Notes: a model not told the origin generated them from the sequence alone. 64,000 bases of DNA from Planctomycetota bacterium (GCA_025055595.1 JANWWU010000066.1:11147-75146); one strand, 5' to 3'; shown: positions 54,601-63,753, counted from the first letter of the stretch. Numbers and translations: made by a program.

Positions 54601-56510
54601 CCCGCAGCGGCTGGCTGCAGCTGCTCGACCCGCAGAGCGGCCGCTGCGAGTGGGTGCGCTATGACGACCTCGCGGTGCGCGAGCCGCCGTGCCAGGTCAC
54701 TGGTCGCTTCTTCATCCATGAGCAGGGCTGGGACATGGCGCCCTTCGCGACGCCGCAGCCTGCGGCTCAGCCGCGCGGGGCCTGGCGCACGCCCTGGCGC
54801 CGCGACAGCCCCTGGCCGGCGGGAACCCGCGTGCTGCCGGTGCAGACCCTGCTGCCCGATGTCCGCGGCCTCGAGTCCGGCGATGTCTGCACCGTCGTCG
54901 CCGACCGCGCGCCGCTGCCCTGGCCGCCGCTGCAGCTGATCGTCCGCCATGCCGCCAGCGACGGCCTGCCGTGGACGAGCAGCGAGACCGGCTTCGAAGC
55001 GCCGGCCTCCTTCTTCGCGTTGACCGAGGCCGTCCCCGATGGCATCCCCGACGCGACGCTGCGCGATCAGAGCAACCGCCTCCTCCCGCAGCCGGCCGGC
55101 GCCGCCACCATCCTGGTCGGCCGCGGCTGGCGCGGCGCCGACCTCAGCCCGGTCCATCCCGTGCAGACGCGGCGCGGCCAGGGACCGCGCGCCAGCGCCT
55201 GGGGCGCGCAGGCGACGCTCGCGATCGGCGGCCCGGGCCTGCTCGTCGACGACATCGCCAGCGGCCCGCTGCTGTCCGGCCTGCTCGGCGACGCGGCAAG
55301 CGAGAACGGCTGCCGGGTCGTCGCGCTCTCCGGCGACCGCGATCAGCCGGTCGAGATCGCCGGCGAAGGCGCGCGCGGCTTCCCGCTGCGCGTGCAGAGC
55401 AACGCCGAGGTCTTCACCAGGCCCTACGGCATCATCGACATCGGCGGCGAGGTTTTCGCCTATCGCCGCTTCGATGCCCGGCACGCCGACCTGATCGGCC
55501 GCGCCCTGCTCGGCAGCGCGGCGCGCGCCCAGGGCCTGCCGAGCCTCGCCGAGCGCGGGCGCGGTGTCGCCTCGCCCGACAGCCCCTTCCACGGCCTGCC
55601 GCTCATCCCCCTGCCCTTCGGTCCGGTCGGCGAGCTGATGGGCGAGGGCCTGCTGCTGCCGGCGACGGCGAGCGCGACTGCGCTCGGGACCCGCGGGGCG
55701 CTCGGCGAGGACCTCGAGCTGTGCGACCGGCCCTACGACGAGCACCGCAGCGCGGCGCTGCCCGCCAACCCCGCGCAGCGCTCGCCCTACGAGCCGAGCC
55801 CGCTGCGCGCGCCGGTGCAGCTGCTCCACCACCCGCACGACGGCAGCGCCGAGGTCCTGCGCTTCCTCCGCCACCCCGACCTCGAGCAGGTGCTCACCGC
55901 GCCCTGGCTGCGCGGCCTCTACGGCACCGCGCCGCAGGCCTGGCAAGGGGCCTTCGGCCTGGCGCGCCGCCGTTCCTGGCGCGATCCGCTGCCCGACTGG
56001 CAGCCGCCGCCGCTCGGCAGCGGTCGGCTCAACCCGCTGGTCATCGGCTGGTGGCCGAGCCGGCCGGCGCCGCTCGCCGACCTCGGCCTCGCCGACCGCG
56101 ACCGCCACGCCCAGCTGCGCTGCCGGCTCTACGGCTGGTTCGCCTACGGGCTGCAGTGCTACGGCCTGCGCCCGCTTCAGGCCGAGGTCGAGGTGCTGAG
56201 CCTCGGCGGCGCCGAGGCGCTCGCGGCCCGCCTGCTGGTGCCCGGCGGCAGCGGCCTCGAGCTCTCGGACTGGGGCGCCATGCCCGAGGAGCTGCTGGCC
56301 GAGGGCAAGCACACCTTCGGCTTCGGACACGCGCGGCAGCGCGCCGGCGGCGCCGGCTGCGAGCTGCGCCTGCACTGGCTGCCGGCCAGCGCTCAGGGGA
56401 GCTGGGCCGAGCGCTGGTCCGCCAATCAGGGCCTGCGTCCCCGCCTCGGCGCGGTGGCGCTGCGCGCTCAGGCCGCGGTCCAGACCCTGGCTGTCGAAGC
56501 CGTCCGCTGA
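51675..56510 (+). CDS. Giant (1611 aa) GspK/PilX-like minor pseudopilin / putative tip adhesin
   Basis: RRG|AALVLALAILASLLFLALPF (no Glu5); IEDEYGKLDVN, LLPHLTVH and VNANT GspK motifs; long beta-rich C-terminal extension; GGAGG SD and ATGA overlap. Confidence 0.75.
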   Translation: MRRGAALVLALAILASLLFLALPFVFSQTASVGGARSAAWDHEARRILAASEHEAVAASISALAALAAGEATNSLPHDLAERAGYSVVVEHPGRAVLSNLPASGSTQRGLAIEDEYGKLDVNSLGPEAWGRLLADLDIPDPTTWRWVWSGGQPNAQPALLQHGSWQPLPYGRLAIALARHRLRLPSGRYHDLAELLAADPRRAQPAQAPFGAVEYGSGARDQESFEPLISRLIPDWEQQLFGAGGLLDRQGPYRAHPLTRVEWERLLPHLTVHALGQGRAGCADLGTVIALSQVPNHNDHSMISDLVAAPAALNRLVPAFAWLVGARRDGRLYRGRRHLDGLTVESVASPLADPGLPLAVELPAWVNANTMTEPVAAALNAQLPKQPLAALAALPPDSWWPFALANTGQPSTWRPPLAVLSLGAIRIEAATTVMAAGQITAQRQRRSVWQALPASVERRWRSQAELEALCRLGLPSGSVSGPQPLLRRSVPGELLAGDGWLEPAPLASFADNPALSLPQRANLPADEGLVPAGYQRAFSAPLASLCLLRSGSDEFAPQQLSLRFALDGEASAAAVLFAARTGDGSAPRGRWRLRWEGAGAEAERWQGQLVLEVAGLALPWERDHPWTMAADDPRTADIDERCLPGPLSLAPRRPGPPHEEFRYRAELARGTIHHLQLWYAGPQPGQYGLAVDGIVGRDAISGRDFARFGDHYPFPALRLAEDIPASDPLREGGAALSRPERIRLLAPPGLRLAELLPARGLIRIDDEYFSYEGIDGDALRGVRRGRRQNCNPTAVIRTLVRPGPPAEYRDDPDHAKRWPATQAHRAGALVLPGDWLTRIEAGVDADRRWLRGATTLADPLQAEAVTEEIDIRSWPVVNGQRLYPSEIPVRGPWPERGILRFEVNVSENKAAFVREGERLRLDWRPPIASGTPEGAAPLMPPAFTSRASVTIRLISLRVADDADLTHTPTTERLRFARSGWLQLLDPQSGRCEWVRYDDLAVREPPCQVTGRFFIHEQGWDMAPFATPQPAAQPRGAWRTPWRRDSPWPAGTRVLPVQTLLPDVRGLESGDVCTVVADRAPLPWPPLQLIVRHAASDGLPWTSSETGFEAPASFFALTEAVPDGIPDATLRDQSNRLLPQPAGAATILVGRGWRGADLSPVHPVQTRRGQGPRASAWGAQATLAIGGPGLLVDDIASGPLLSGLLGDAASENGCRVVALSGDRDQPVEIAGEGARGFPLRVQSNAEVFTRPYGIIDIGGEVFAYRRFDARHADLIGRALLGSAARAQGLPSLAERGRGVASPDSPFHGLPLIPLPFGPVGELMGEGLLLPATASATALGTRGALGEDLELCDRPYDEHRSAALPANPAQRSPYEPSPLRAPVQLLHHPHDGSAEVLRFLRHPDLEQVLTAPWLRGLYGTAPQAWQGAFGLARRRSWRDPLPDWQPPPLGSGRLNPLVIGWWPSRPAPLADLGLADRDRHAQLRCRLYGWFAYGLQCYGLRPLQAEVEVLSLGGAEALAARLLVPGGSGLELSDWGAMPEELLAEGKHTFGFGHARQRAGGAGCELRLHWLPASAQGSWAERWSANQGLRPRLGAVALRAQAAVQTLAVEAVR

Positions 56511-56549
56511 ACGGCTCGGCATCAAGCGGGAGACCGCGCCTCCGATGCT

Positions 56550-56948
56550 ATGTCTGCGATGGACTCCTGGCTGCGCATCGGGGAAACGACCGCCTACCAG
56601 GGCGGAACGCCGCGCCAGCACAACGGCGGCACCGGTCGCTTCGCGCAGAAGCAGCGCGACGAGGGGCAGCGGCGTCAGCGCGAGTACGAGCCCGAGCCGG
56701 CGAGCGACCAGGCGCCGCCCGATCCCCTGTTGGCGGAGATCGACCGCCTGCGCGCGCTCGAGCCGACGCGCGGCGACAGCGGGGCGCGCCGCGCCCTGCG
56801 CGCCCGCCTCGCCTATGCGCGCCACCAGGATCTCCCGCTGTCGCCGCCGATCACCAGCGATGCGGCCAGCAGCGAGACGACGACCGCGGTCTGGAAGCAG
56901 CCAGCGCCGCCCGCAGCGCCCCCTGGCGTGCCGCCCGCCAGCCCCTAG
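56550..56948 (+). CDS. Hypothetical, partly disordered protein
   Basis: 132 aa ORF filling the gap before fabD; start 56550 or 56559. Confidence 0.55.
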   Translation: MSAMDSWLRIGETTAYQGGTPRQHNGGTGRFAQKQRDEGQRRQREYEPEPASDQAPPDPLLAEIDRLRALEPTRGDSGARRALRARLAYARHQDLPLSPPITSDAASSETTTAVWKQPAPPAAPPGVPPASP

Positions 56949-56966
56949 GCTGACAGTGGAGCGAGC

Positions 56967-57902
56967 ATGTCGCGAGCCCTCGTCTTCCCCGGCCAGGGCG
57001 CCCAGTATGTCGGCATGGGCGTCGAGCTGGCGCAGCGCTTCCCCGCCGCCCGCGCCCTGCTCAGCGAGGCCGACCGCGTGCTCGGCTTCGCGCTCTCCGA
57101 CATCATGGCTAACGGCCCGGAGAGCGACCTGACGCGCACCGATGTCAGCCAGCCGGCGATCTTCGTCGCCAGCGCGATGAGCCTGGCGGTGGCCGAGGAG
57201 GCGCTGCAGCCGCTGACCCGCGCCGCCTGCGCCGGCCTCAGCCTCGGCGAGTACACGGCGCTCTACGCCGCCGGCGCGATCGGCTTCGCCGAGGCCCTGC
57301 GCCTCGTCCGCCTGCGCGGGCAGGCGATGCAGGCGGCGGCCGAAGCGACGCCGGGCGGGATGGTCGCGCTGATCGGGGCCGACGAGGCGCAGGCGCGGGC
57401 GCTGTGCGCCGAAGCTGCTGCCGGCGAGGTGCTGACCGTCGCCAACCTCAACAGCCCGGGGCAGGTCGTGATCTCGGGCGCGCGCGGGGCCTGCGTCCGC
57501 GCCCTCGAGCTCGCCAAGAAGCACGGGATCCGCCGCGCGACCAGCCTGGCCGTCGCCGGCGCCTTCCACAGCCCGCTGATGCAGCCGGCGGCCGAGCGTC
57601 TGGCCGAGGCCGTCGCCGCCCTGTCCTGGCGCGACCCGCAGCGCCCGGTGTACAGCAATGTCACCGCCGCCCCGCTGACGCGCGCCAGCGAGATCCCCGA
57701 GCTGCTGGTCCGCCAGCTGACCTCCCCCGTCCGCTGGGCCGACAGCGTGCGCGCGCTGCACGCCGCCGGGATCAGCGAGTTCCTCGAGCTCGGCCCGGGC
57801 AAGACGCTCTGCGGGATGATCGCGCGCACCGTCGAGGGCGTGCAGTGCCGCAACCTCGACACCGCCGAGGATGTCCGCGCGCTGGTCGCCGCCGGCGCCT
57901 GA
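56967..57902 (+). CDS. fabD: Malonyl CoA-ACP transacylase
   Basis: FPGQGAQ, QPAI, GLSLGEY, AN.NSP.Q.V.SG, VAGAFHS, PVRW, ELGPGK. Confidence 0.96.
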   Translation: MSRALVFPGQGAQYVGMGVELAQRFPAARALLSEADRVLGFALSDIMANGPESDLTRTDVSQPAIFVASAMSLAVAEEALQPLTRAACAGLSLGEYTALYAAGAIGFAEALRLVRLRGQAMQAAAEATPGGMVALIGADEAQARALCAEAAAGEVLTVANLNSPGQVVISGARGACVRALELAKKHGIRRATSLAVAGAFHSPLMQPAAERLAEAVAALSWRDPQRPVYSNVTAAPLTRASEIPELLVRQLTSPVRWADSVRALHAAGISEFLELGPGKTLCGMIARTVEGVQCRNLDTAEDVRALVAAGA

Positions 57903-59252
57903 TCAGCTGGCGAGGATCTCGGCGATCAATCCTGCGACATCGCGCTGATGCCAGGACGCGCGCTGCCAGCGGCGCGCGCTGGCGATCAGCAGCGGGCCGG
58001 CTTCTGGACTGGCTGCCGGCCGGCCATGGCTGCCGCGCACCAGCGCGCTGTCGAGCGGGCAGACATCCATCACATAGCGCAGGCCGAGGGCCTTGCGCAG
58101 CAGCGCCCGCGCCAGGCGCCAGCGACCGCCCCGCGGATCGAGGAACAGCTCGCGCGGGTCGTAGCCCGGCTTCTTGTGGATCTCGACGCAGCGCGCGAAG
58201 TCGGGGCGCGCGCCGTCGTCGAGCCAGTAGTCGTAGGCGAACCACCAGCCGGGGGCGGCGAGCGCGATCAGCTCCCCGCTGCGCGGATGATCGAGCCCGA
58301 GTTCGCTGCGTTCGGCGCCGCCGTAGACGCGCTCGATGCCGGGCAGGCGCTCGAGGACGGCGCGCGCCGCCGCCTCGGCCGCGGGATCGGCGCAGTAGAC
58401 ATGGGCGATCTGGTGATCGCAGACCGCGAAGGCGCGGCTCGCCCCGGTGTCGAGCAGCTCGCCGGCAGCATTGCGCACCGCCTGCAGCAGGCCGGCCTGG
58501 CGCAGGGCGCGGTTGGGGAAGGCGGCCTGCGACACGGGCTCGATGCCGTACTCGCTGACGACGAGCACCGCGTAGCCGCGCTCGGCGAGCCACGCCAGCA
58601 GCGGTCCGACGACCGCATCGAGCTCGCGCAGGGCACGCGCCAGATGCGGGCCGGAGGGGCCGAAGCGCTGCAGGTCGTAGTCGAGGTGCGGCAGGTAGCA
58701 CAGCGCCAGCTCGGGGTCCGTGCGCTCGATCGCGGTGCGGAAGCTCTCGGCGATCCAGCGGGTGGCGGCGATGTCGGCGCCCGGGCCCCAGAAGCGGAAC
58801 AGCGGGAACTCGCCGTGCCGCTCGCGGATCGCCTGCTTCAGCTCGTAGGGCCAGGCGTAGAAGTCCGGGGCCTTGCGGCCGTCGTGGTGGTAGACCGGGC
58901 GCGGGGTGACGGTCGCCGCCGCCCTCGTCTGCATCGCGTACCACCAGAAGTGTTTCAGCGTGCGCGGCCCGCCCGGCCGCTGCCAGGGCAGCGGGGCCTC
59001 GATCAGGCGCTCCGACTGCCGCCACAGCCAGACCTCGCCGAGCTCGCGGAAGAACCAGCCGTTGGCGACGATGCCGTGGCGCGAGGGCAGCTCGCCGGTC
59101 AGCATCGTCGCCTGAGCGGTCGTCGTCACCGCCGGCAGGGCGCTGGCCAGCGGCGCGGCGAAGCCGCGCTGCGCCAGCTCGCGCAGCGCCGGGGTGTCGG
59201 CGCCGAGGTGCGCGGGCGTCAGACCGACGCAGCACAGCACCGCGAGCTTCAT
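57903..59252 (-). CDS. Alkaline phosphatase superfamily nucleotide pyrophosphatase, EboF-like
   Basis: PAVTTTAQ.T.LTG, HGIVANGW, YLPHLDY.LQRFGP, SEYGI, DHQIAHVY, IHKKPGYDP.ELF, GSHG. Confidence 0.85.
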   Translation of the reverse strand: MKLAVLCCVGLTPAHLGADTPALRELAQRGFAAPLASALPAVTTTAQATMLTGELPSRHGIVANGWFFRELGEVWLWRQSERLIEAPLPWQRPGGPRTLKHFWWYAMQTRAAATVTPRPVYHHDGRKAPDFYAWPYELKQAIRERHGEFPLFRFWGPGADIAATRWIAESFRTAIERTDPELALCYLPHLDYDLQRFGPSGPHLARALRELDAVVGPLLAWLAERGYAVLVVSEYGIEPVSQAAFPNRALRQAGLLQAVRNAAGELLDTGASRAFAVCDHQIAHVYCADPAAEAAARAVLERLPGIERVYGGAERSELGLDHPRSGELIALAAPGWWFAYDYWLDDGARPDFARCVEIHKKPGYDPRELFLDPRGGRWRLARALLRKALGLRYVMDVCPLDSALVRGSHGRPAASPEAGPLLIASARRWQRASWHQRDVAGLIAEILAS

Positions 59253-60442
59253 CGCAGGCTGATCGGCCCGTCCGGGGTGTGGATGATCACCTCGCGCTGC
59301 GGCGGCCCCCCGCCCTCGACGCGGCCGACGACGCGCGCCTCGATGCCGCAGCGCGCGGCGACGCGCAGGCAGGTCTCGACCTGCGCCGGCTCGACCGCGG
59401 CCTCGAGGCGCCAGCCCATGTTGAAGGTGCGGTACATCTCGTCCCAGGGAGCGCAGCTCAGAGCGCGGATCGCGGCGAACACCGGCGGCACCGGGAAGGG
59501 CGCATCCTTGATGTAGCGGTTGCCCGGCCGCCCGAAGCGGCGGATCTTGTCCTGGCCGCCGCCGGTGCAGTGGATCAGGCCGTGCACGGCCCCGCGCGGC
59601 AGCTCGGCGAGCAGCGCCGCGATCAGCGGCGTGTAGAGGCGCGTCGGCGAGGTCAGGGCGCTGGCGATCGTGAAGCGCGGGTCGCCGGGCAGGGGATCGG
59701 CGAGGCGGTGCGTGCCGGCGTAGATCAGGAGCGGATCGGTCTCCGGCGCGAAGGTCTCGCCGTAGTAGCGATACACCTCCGCCAGCAGGTCGTGCCGCGC
59801 CGAGGTCAGGCCGTTGGCGCCGATGCCGCTGTGCGGCCGGTCCTCCCAGGCCGCCTGCCCCGTGCTGCTGAAGCCGACCAGTACATCGCCCGGCGCGATG
59901 CGGCTGGCATCGATCACCTCCTCGCGGCGCAGCCGGGCGATCACCGTCGCATCGACGACCAGCGTCCGCACGAGGTCGCCGAGGTCGGCGGTCTCGCCGC
60001 CGGCCAGCGCGCAGGCGATGCCCCAGGCGCGCAGGCGCTCGCAGCAGTCCTGATAGCCGGCGATGATCTCGGCGATCACCGTGCCGGGGATGCGGTGAGC
60101 ATTGCGCGCGATGCTGTTGGTGACGAGGAAGGGCCCGAGGGCGCCGACGCAGGCGCAGTCGTCGAGGTTCATCGCCAGCGCATCCTGGGCCAGCCCGCGC
60201 CACAGCGCCGCCGGCGCGCCCTCGCGCCAGGCGAGATAGTAGGCCGCGCTCTTCGAGCCGGCGCCGTCGCTGTGCATGACCAGGCAGTGGGCCTCGCTGC
60301 CGCCGAGCAGGTCGGGCAGGATGCGGCAGAAGGCGCCGGGGAACAGGCCGGCCTCCAGGGCCTGGGTCGCCGCGTGCACCTCCTGCTTGCTCGCCGACAC
60401 GCCGCGCGCGGCGTAGCGGTCGGCTGGCTGTGACTCGGGCAT
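59249..60442 (-). CDS. purM: Phosphoribosylformylglycinamidine cyclo-ligase (AIR synthase), long type
   Basis: Y..RGVSASK..VH, DGAGSK, MNLDD, GGETAD, GIG.NGLTSARH, HCTGG, EMYRTFNMG. Confidence 0.9.
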   Translation of the reverse strand: MPESQPADRYAARGVSASKQEVHAATQALEAGLFPGAFCRILPDLLGGSEAHCLVMHSDGAGSKSAAYYLAWREGAPAALWRGLAQDALAMNLDDCACVGALGPFLVTNSIARNAHRIPGTVIAEIIAGYQDCCERLRAWGIACALAGGETADLGDLVRTLVVDATVIARLRREEVIDASRIAPGDVLVGFSSTGQAAWEDRPHSGIGANGLTSARHDLLAEVYRYYGETFAPETDPLLIYAGTHRLADPLPGDPRFTIASALTSPTRLYTPLIAALLAELPRGAVHGLIHCTGGGQDKIRRFGRPGNRYIKDAPFPVPPVFAAIRALSCAPWDEMYRTFNMGWRLEAAVEPAQVETCLRVAARCGIEARVVGRVEGGGPPQREVIIHTPDGPISLR

Positions 60443-60448
60443 GGAGCG

Positions 60449-60454
60449 ATGCTG
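60449..60454 (-). promoter_or_regulatory. -10-like hexamer CAGCAT, 6 nt upstream of purM ATG
   Basis: CAGCAT-cgctcc-ATG. Confidence 0.45.
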
Positions 60455-60515
60455 CAGCCGCGTCGGATCCTGCAACCCGGGCCGTGTGCCGCGATTGTAC
60501 GCAGCCGCCGCGCCG

Positions 60516-60521
60516 CATCCT
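60516..60521 (+). promoter_or_regulatory. -10-like hexamer CATCCT, 6 nt upstream of ATG 60528
   Basis: CATCCT-gcgctc-ATG. Confidence 0.45.
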
Positions 60522-60527
60522 GCGCTC

Positions 60528-61244
60528 ATGCGCGCCTTCCTGCGCTGGCTGGCCTTCCTGATCAGTCTCGCGCTCGGCGCTTTGCTCGCCGTCTTCAGCA
60601 TCTGGCCCGAGACCGTCGAGCCGGTGATGCGTTGGCTGCGCGATCAGCCGGAGGGCCGCTGGACCGGCGCCGCGATGGCGATCGTCCTGCTGACCAGCCC
60701 GCTGGTCTGGCTGCTGCGCTGGGTGCAGGCGCAGCGGCGCAGCCGCGAGATCAGCTACACGACCGACAACGGCCGGATCTCGGTCAATCTGCTGGCGATC
60801 GAGGAGGCGCTGACGCGCGCGATCGAGGGCGAGCCCGAGATCCGCAAGGCCCGGGTCTCGGTCTACGAGGACCGCGTCAAGCGCAGCATCGTCATCGACG
60901 CCGTCGTCACGCTGTGGGAGGTGCCGAACGTCACCGAACGCAATCTGTTCTGCCAGCGCCTGCTGCGCCGCCGCTTCGCCGAGCTGATGCCCGAGCGCAG
61001 CGATGTCCAGGTCAACCTCTCGGTGCATCGGCTGACCGTGCGGCCGCCGGGGCAGGCACAGCCCGCCCGCCCGCCGGCGAGCGAGCCGCCGCCCGCGGCG
61101 CCGGCGGCGCCGCGCGCCCGCGAGCCGGAGCGCCTGCCGGCGATGACGAGCGACGACGAGCTCTATGTCGGTCCGGCGATCCCCCTCGGCGACGACGAGG
61201 ACGACGAGCAGTCGGGCAGCGTGCGCGCGCGCGCCCTCGGCTAG
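60528..61244 (+). CDS. AmaP-like (Asp23 membrane anchor) protein
   Basis: Two TMs, then I...TDNG.I.V...AIE Asp23-like domain, Pro-rich and acidic tail. Confidence 0.6.
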   Translation: MRAFLRWLAFLISLALGALLAVFSIWPETVEPVMRWLRDQPEGRWTGAAMAIVLLTSPLVWLLRWVQAQRRSREISYTTDNGRISVNLLAIEEALTRAIEGEPEIRKARVSVYEDRVKRSIVIDAVVTLWEVPNVTERNLFCQRLLRRRFAELMPERSDVQVNLSVHRLTVRPPGQAQPARPPASEPPPAAPAAPRAREPERLPAMTSDDELYVGPAIPLGDDEDDEQSGSVRARALG

Positions 61245-61777
61245 GTCGTCGCCAGGCCGCGCGCCATGATGATCTTGCCCGAGCGGACGAGCTCGACGAT
61301 GTGATAGGCCTTGAGCAGGGCGAGGAAGGCGTCGAGCTTCTCGCTCTCGCCCTCGATGCGCAGGATCAGCGACTCGGCGCCGTAGTCGACGACCTTGGCC
61401 TTGTAGTGCTCGGCGATCTGCAGGATCGCCGTGCGGTCGGCGAGCGGCACCTTGACCTTGACCAGCGCGAGCTCGCTCTCGATCACCGGCTGGCCGCTGT
61501 GGTCGATCGCATGGACGACATCGATCAGCTTCTCGAGCTGCTTGACGATCTGCTCGAGGACCTCGGGGTCGCCGGAGCAGGTGATCGTCATCCGCGAGAA
61601 CTCGCCGGGCGCGCAGCGGTAGCCCTCGATCTCGGCGTCGAAGGCCGGCGAGACGACGAGCGACTCGATGTTGTAGCCGCGGCGGCTGAAGACGAGCGCG
61701 ACGCGGACGAGCACGCCGGGCTTGTTGCGGACGAGCAGCGAGATGGTGTGGAGCGGAGGGGCGGCAGCGGTCGTCAT
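61241..61777 (-). CDS. ilvN: Acetolactate synthase small subunit
   Basis: ISLLV.NKPGVL.RV...FSRRGYNIESL, SRMTI, QI.KQL.KLIDV, EL.LVKV, ELVRSG. Confidence 0.95.
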   Translation of the reverse strand: MTTAAAPPLHTISLLVRNKPGVLVRVALVFSRRGYNIESLVVSPAFDAEIEGYRCAPGEFSRMTITCSGDPEVLEQIVKQLEKLIDVVHAIDHSGQPVIESELALVKVKVPLADRTAILQIAEHYKAKVVDYGAESLILRIEGESEKLDAFLALLKAYHIVELVRSGKIIMARGLATT

Positions 61778-61791
61778 GGCGGTCCTCGTAT

Positions 61792-63564
61792 TCAGGTCGA
61801 GCCGGCGGGCTTCTCCATCCTGACCTTCGGGCGCTCGATCAGCATCTGGTCGTAGCTCGCGCCGGCCGGGATCATCGGGAACACGTTGTCTTCCTTCACC
61901 ACCTCGGCATCGATGACGCAGGGCCCCTCATTGTACTCCATCGCCTTCTTGAGCACCTTGTCGACATCGGCGGCGCGCTTGATGCGGAAGGCCTTGACGC
62001 CGTAGGCCTCGGCGAGCTTGCAGAAATCGGGGTTGCCGGGCAGGTCGGCGCCGGAGAGGCGGTTGTCGAAGAACAGCTCCTGCCACTGGCGGATCATCCC
62101 GAGGTAGTGGTTGTTGATGATCAGGACCTTGACCGGCACCTTCTCGACCGCCGCGGTCGCCAGCTCGCACAGCGTCATCTGGAAGCCGCCGTCGCCGACC
62201 ACCGCCCACACCGGAATCTTCCCCAGCGCCAGGCTGGCGCCGATCGCCGCCGGGAAGCCGAAGCCCATCGTGCCGGCGCCGCCCGAGCTGATCCAGTGCC
62301 GGTTCTTCACCGTCAGCATGAACTGCGCCGCCCACATCTGGTGCTGGCCGACATCGGTGGTGACGATGCAGTCGCGGGCGCCGAGCTTGTCGAGGCGGTC
62401 GAGCACATACTGCGCGCGCAGCCCGCCCTTCTTCGGGTACTTGAGCGGATAGGCCTTGCGCCAGCCCTGGATGTCCTTCCACCACTGCTCGGTGTCGCAC
62501 TTGCCGACGCGCGGGATCAGGTCCTCGACGACCAGGCGGGCGTCGCCGGGCAGCGCGACATGCGGCTTGACGACCTTGCCGAACTCGGCGTAGTCGATGT
62601 CGATGTGGATCTTGATCGCCTCGGGGCAGAAGGCCGAGAGCTTGCCGGTGATGCGGTCGTCCCAGCGCGCGCCGATCGCCATGATCAGGTCGCAGGTCTT
62701 GACCGCGAGGTTGGCGTAGGCCGTGCCGTGCATCCCGAGCATGCCGAGGTGATAGGGCCGGTCCTCGGGCACCGCGCCCTTGCCGAGCAGGGTGTTGACG
62801 ACCGCGGCCCCGGTCTTCTCGGCGAGCTTGGCGATCGCCGGCCCGGCCCCGCTCCACACCGCCCCGTGCCCGACCAGCAGCAGCGGCCGCTTGGCCTTGG
62901 CGAAGTAGGCCGCGGCGCGGTCGAGCGCCGCGGGATCGGCGCGCGTCGGCACCCGATAGCCGGGCAGGAACACCTCGTCGACCATCGGCGCCGTGCACGG
63001 GGCCTGGGTGACATCCTTGGGCAGGTCGAGCAGCACCGGGCCCGGCCGGCCGGTCGTCGCGAGGTGGAAGGCTTCCTTCATCACCCGCGGGATGTCGTTG
63101 GTCTTCTTGACCAAGTAGCTGTGCTTGACCACCGGGTAGGTGATGCCGGTGACATCGGCTTCTTGGAAGGCGTCCTTGCCGAGCATCGCGGTGATCGTCT
63201 GCCCGCACAGGACGATGATCGGCGAGGAGTCCATCAGCGCGGTCAGGCAGCCGGTGACGGTGTTGGTCGCGCCGGGACCGGAGGTGACGAGGACGACGCC
63301 GGGACGGCCGCTCGCACGGGCGTAGCCGTCGGCCATGTGGGTGGCGCCCTGCTCGTGCCGCACCTGGATCAGGCGGATTTTCGAGTCATAGAGGGCGTCG
63401 AAGATCGGCATCGCGGCGCCGCCGCTGTAGGCGAAGACGCATTCGACGCCCTCGCGCTCCAGGCACTTCACGATCATCTCGCCGCCGGTCGGGATCTTCT
63501 TCGGCGCCGCTGGCGGAGCAGCGCTTTCAGCGGCTGAAGCGGGGTTTTGGGCTGGCTGCAGCAT
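61792..63564 (-). CDS. ilvB: Acetolactate synthase large subunit
   Basis: [56 protein letters not shown]...NN..LGM. Confidence 0.97.
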   Translation of the reverse strand: MLQPAQNPASAAESAAPPAAPKKIPTGGEMIVKCLEREGVECVFAYSGGAAMPIFDALYDSKIRLIQVRHEQGATHMADGYARASGRPGVVLVTSGPGATNTVTGCLTALMDSSPIIVLCGQTITAMLGKDAFQEADVTGITYPVVKHSYLVKKTNDIPRVMKEAFHLATTGRPGPVLLDLPKDVTQAPCTAPMVDEVFLPGYRVPTRADPAALDRAAAYFAKAKRPLLLVGHGAVWSGAGPAIAKLAEKTGAAVVNTLLGKGAVPEDRPYHLGMLGMHGTAYANLAVKTCDLIMAIGARWDDRITGKLSAFCPEAIKIHIDIDYAEFGKVVKPHVALPGDARLVVEDLIPRVGKCDTEQWWKDIQGWRKAYPLKYPKKGGLRAQYVLDRLDKLGARDCIVTTDVGQHQMWAAQFMLTVKNRHWISSGGAGTMGFGFPAAIGASLALGKIPVWAVVGDGGFQMTLCELATAAVEKVPVKVLIINNHYLGMIRQWQELFFDNRLSGADLPGNPDFCKLAEAYGVKAFRIKRAADVDKVLKKAMEYNEGPCVIDAEVVKEDNVFPMIPAGASYDQMLIERPKVRMEKPAGST

Positions 63565-63741
63565 GGCCGTCTGTCCTTGGGAAGGGAATCTTGCGGGTTG
63601 AACAGCGAAGTCAACTGTCTGCTTCCGGACAGTCGTGAGATCATGCGCTCAGAAGCGGAAACATCGACGAGATCCCTGCACGAGAGCAACGCAATCGACG
63701 CATGACGAGGTCGAATCGGCTGGATCCTCGGCCGGCAGGCG

Positions 63742-63747
63742 CAGAAT
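63742..63747 (+). promoter_or_regulatory. -10-like hexamer CAGAAT, 6 nt upstream of bioA ATG
   Basis: CAGAAT-cctgcc-ATG. Confidence 0.5.
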
Positions 63748-63753
63748 CCTGCC

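Noticed and set aside
63565..63753. ilv attenuator leader peptide or T-box
   Set aside because: Short ORFs (e.g. [20 protein letters not shown]) are not enriched in branched-chain residues; no T-box motif or U-tract terminator seen.
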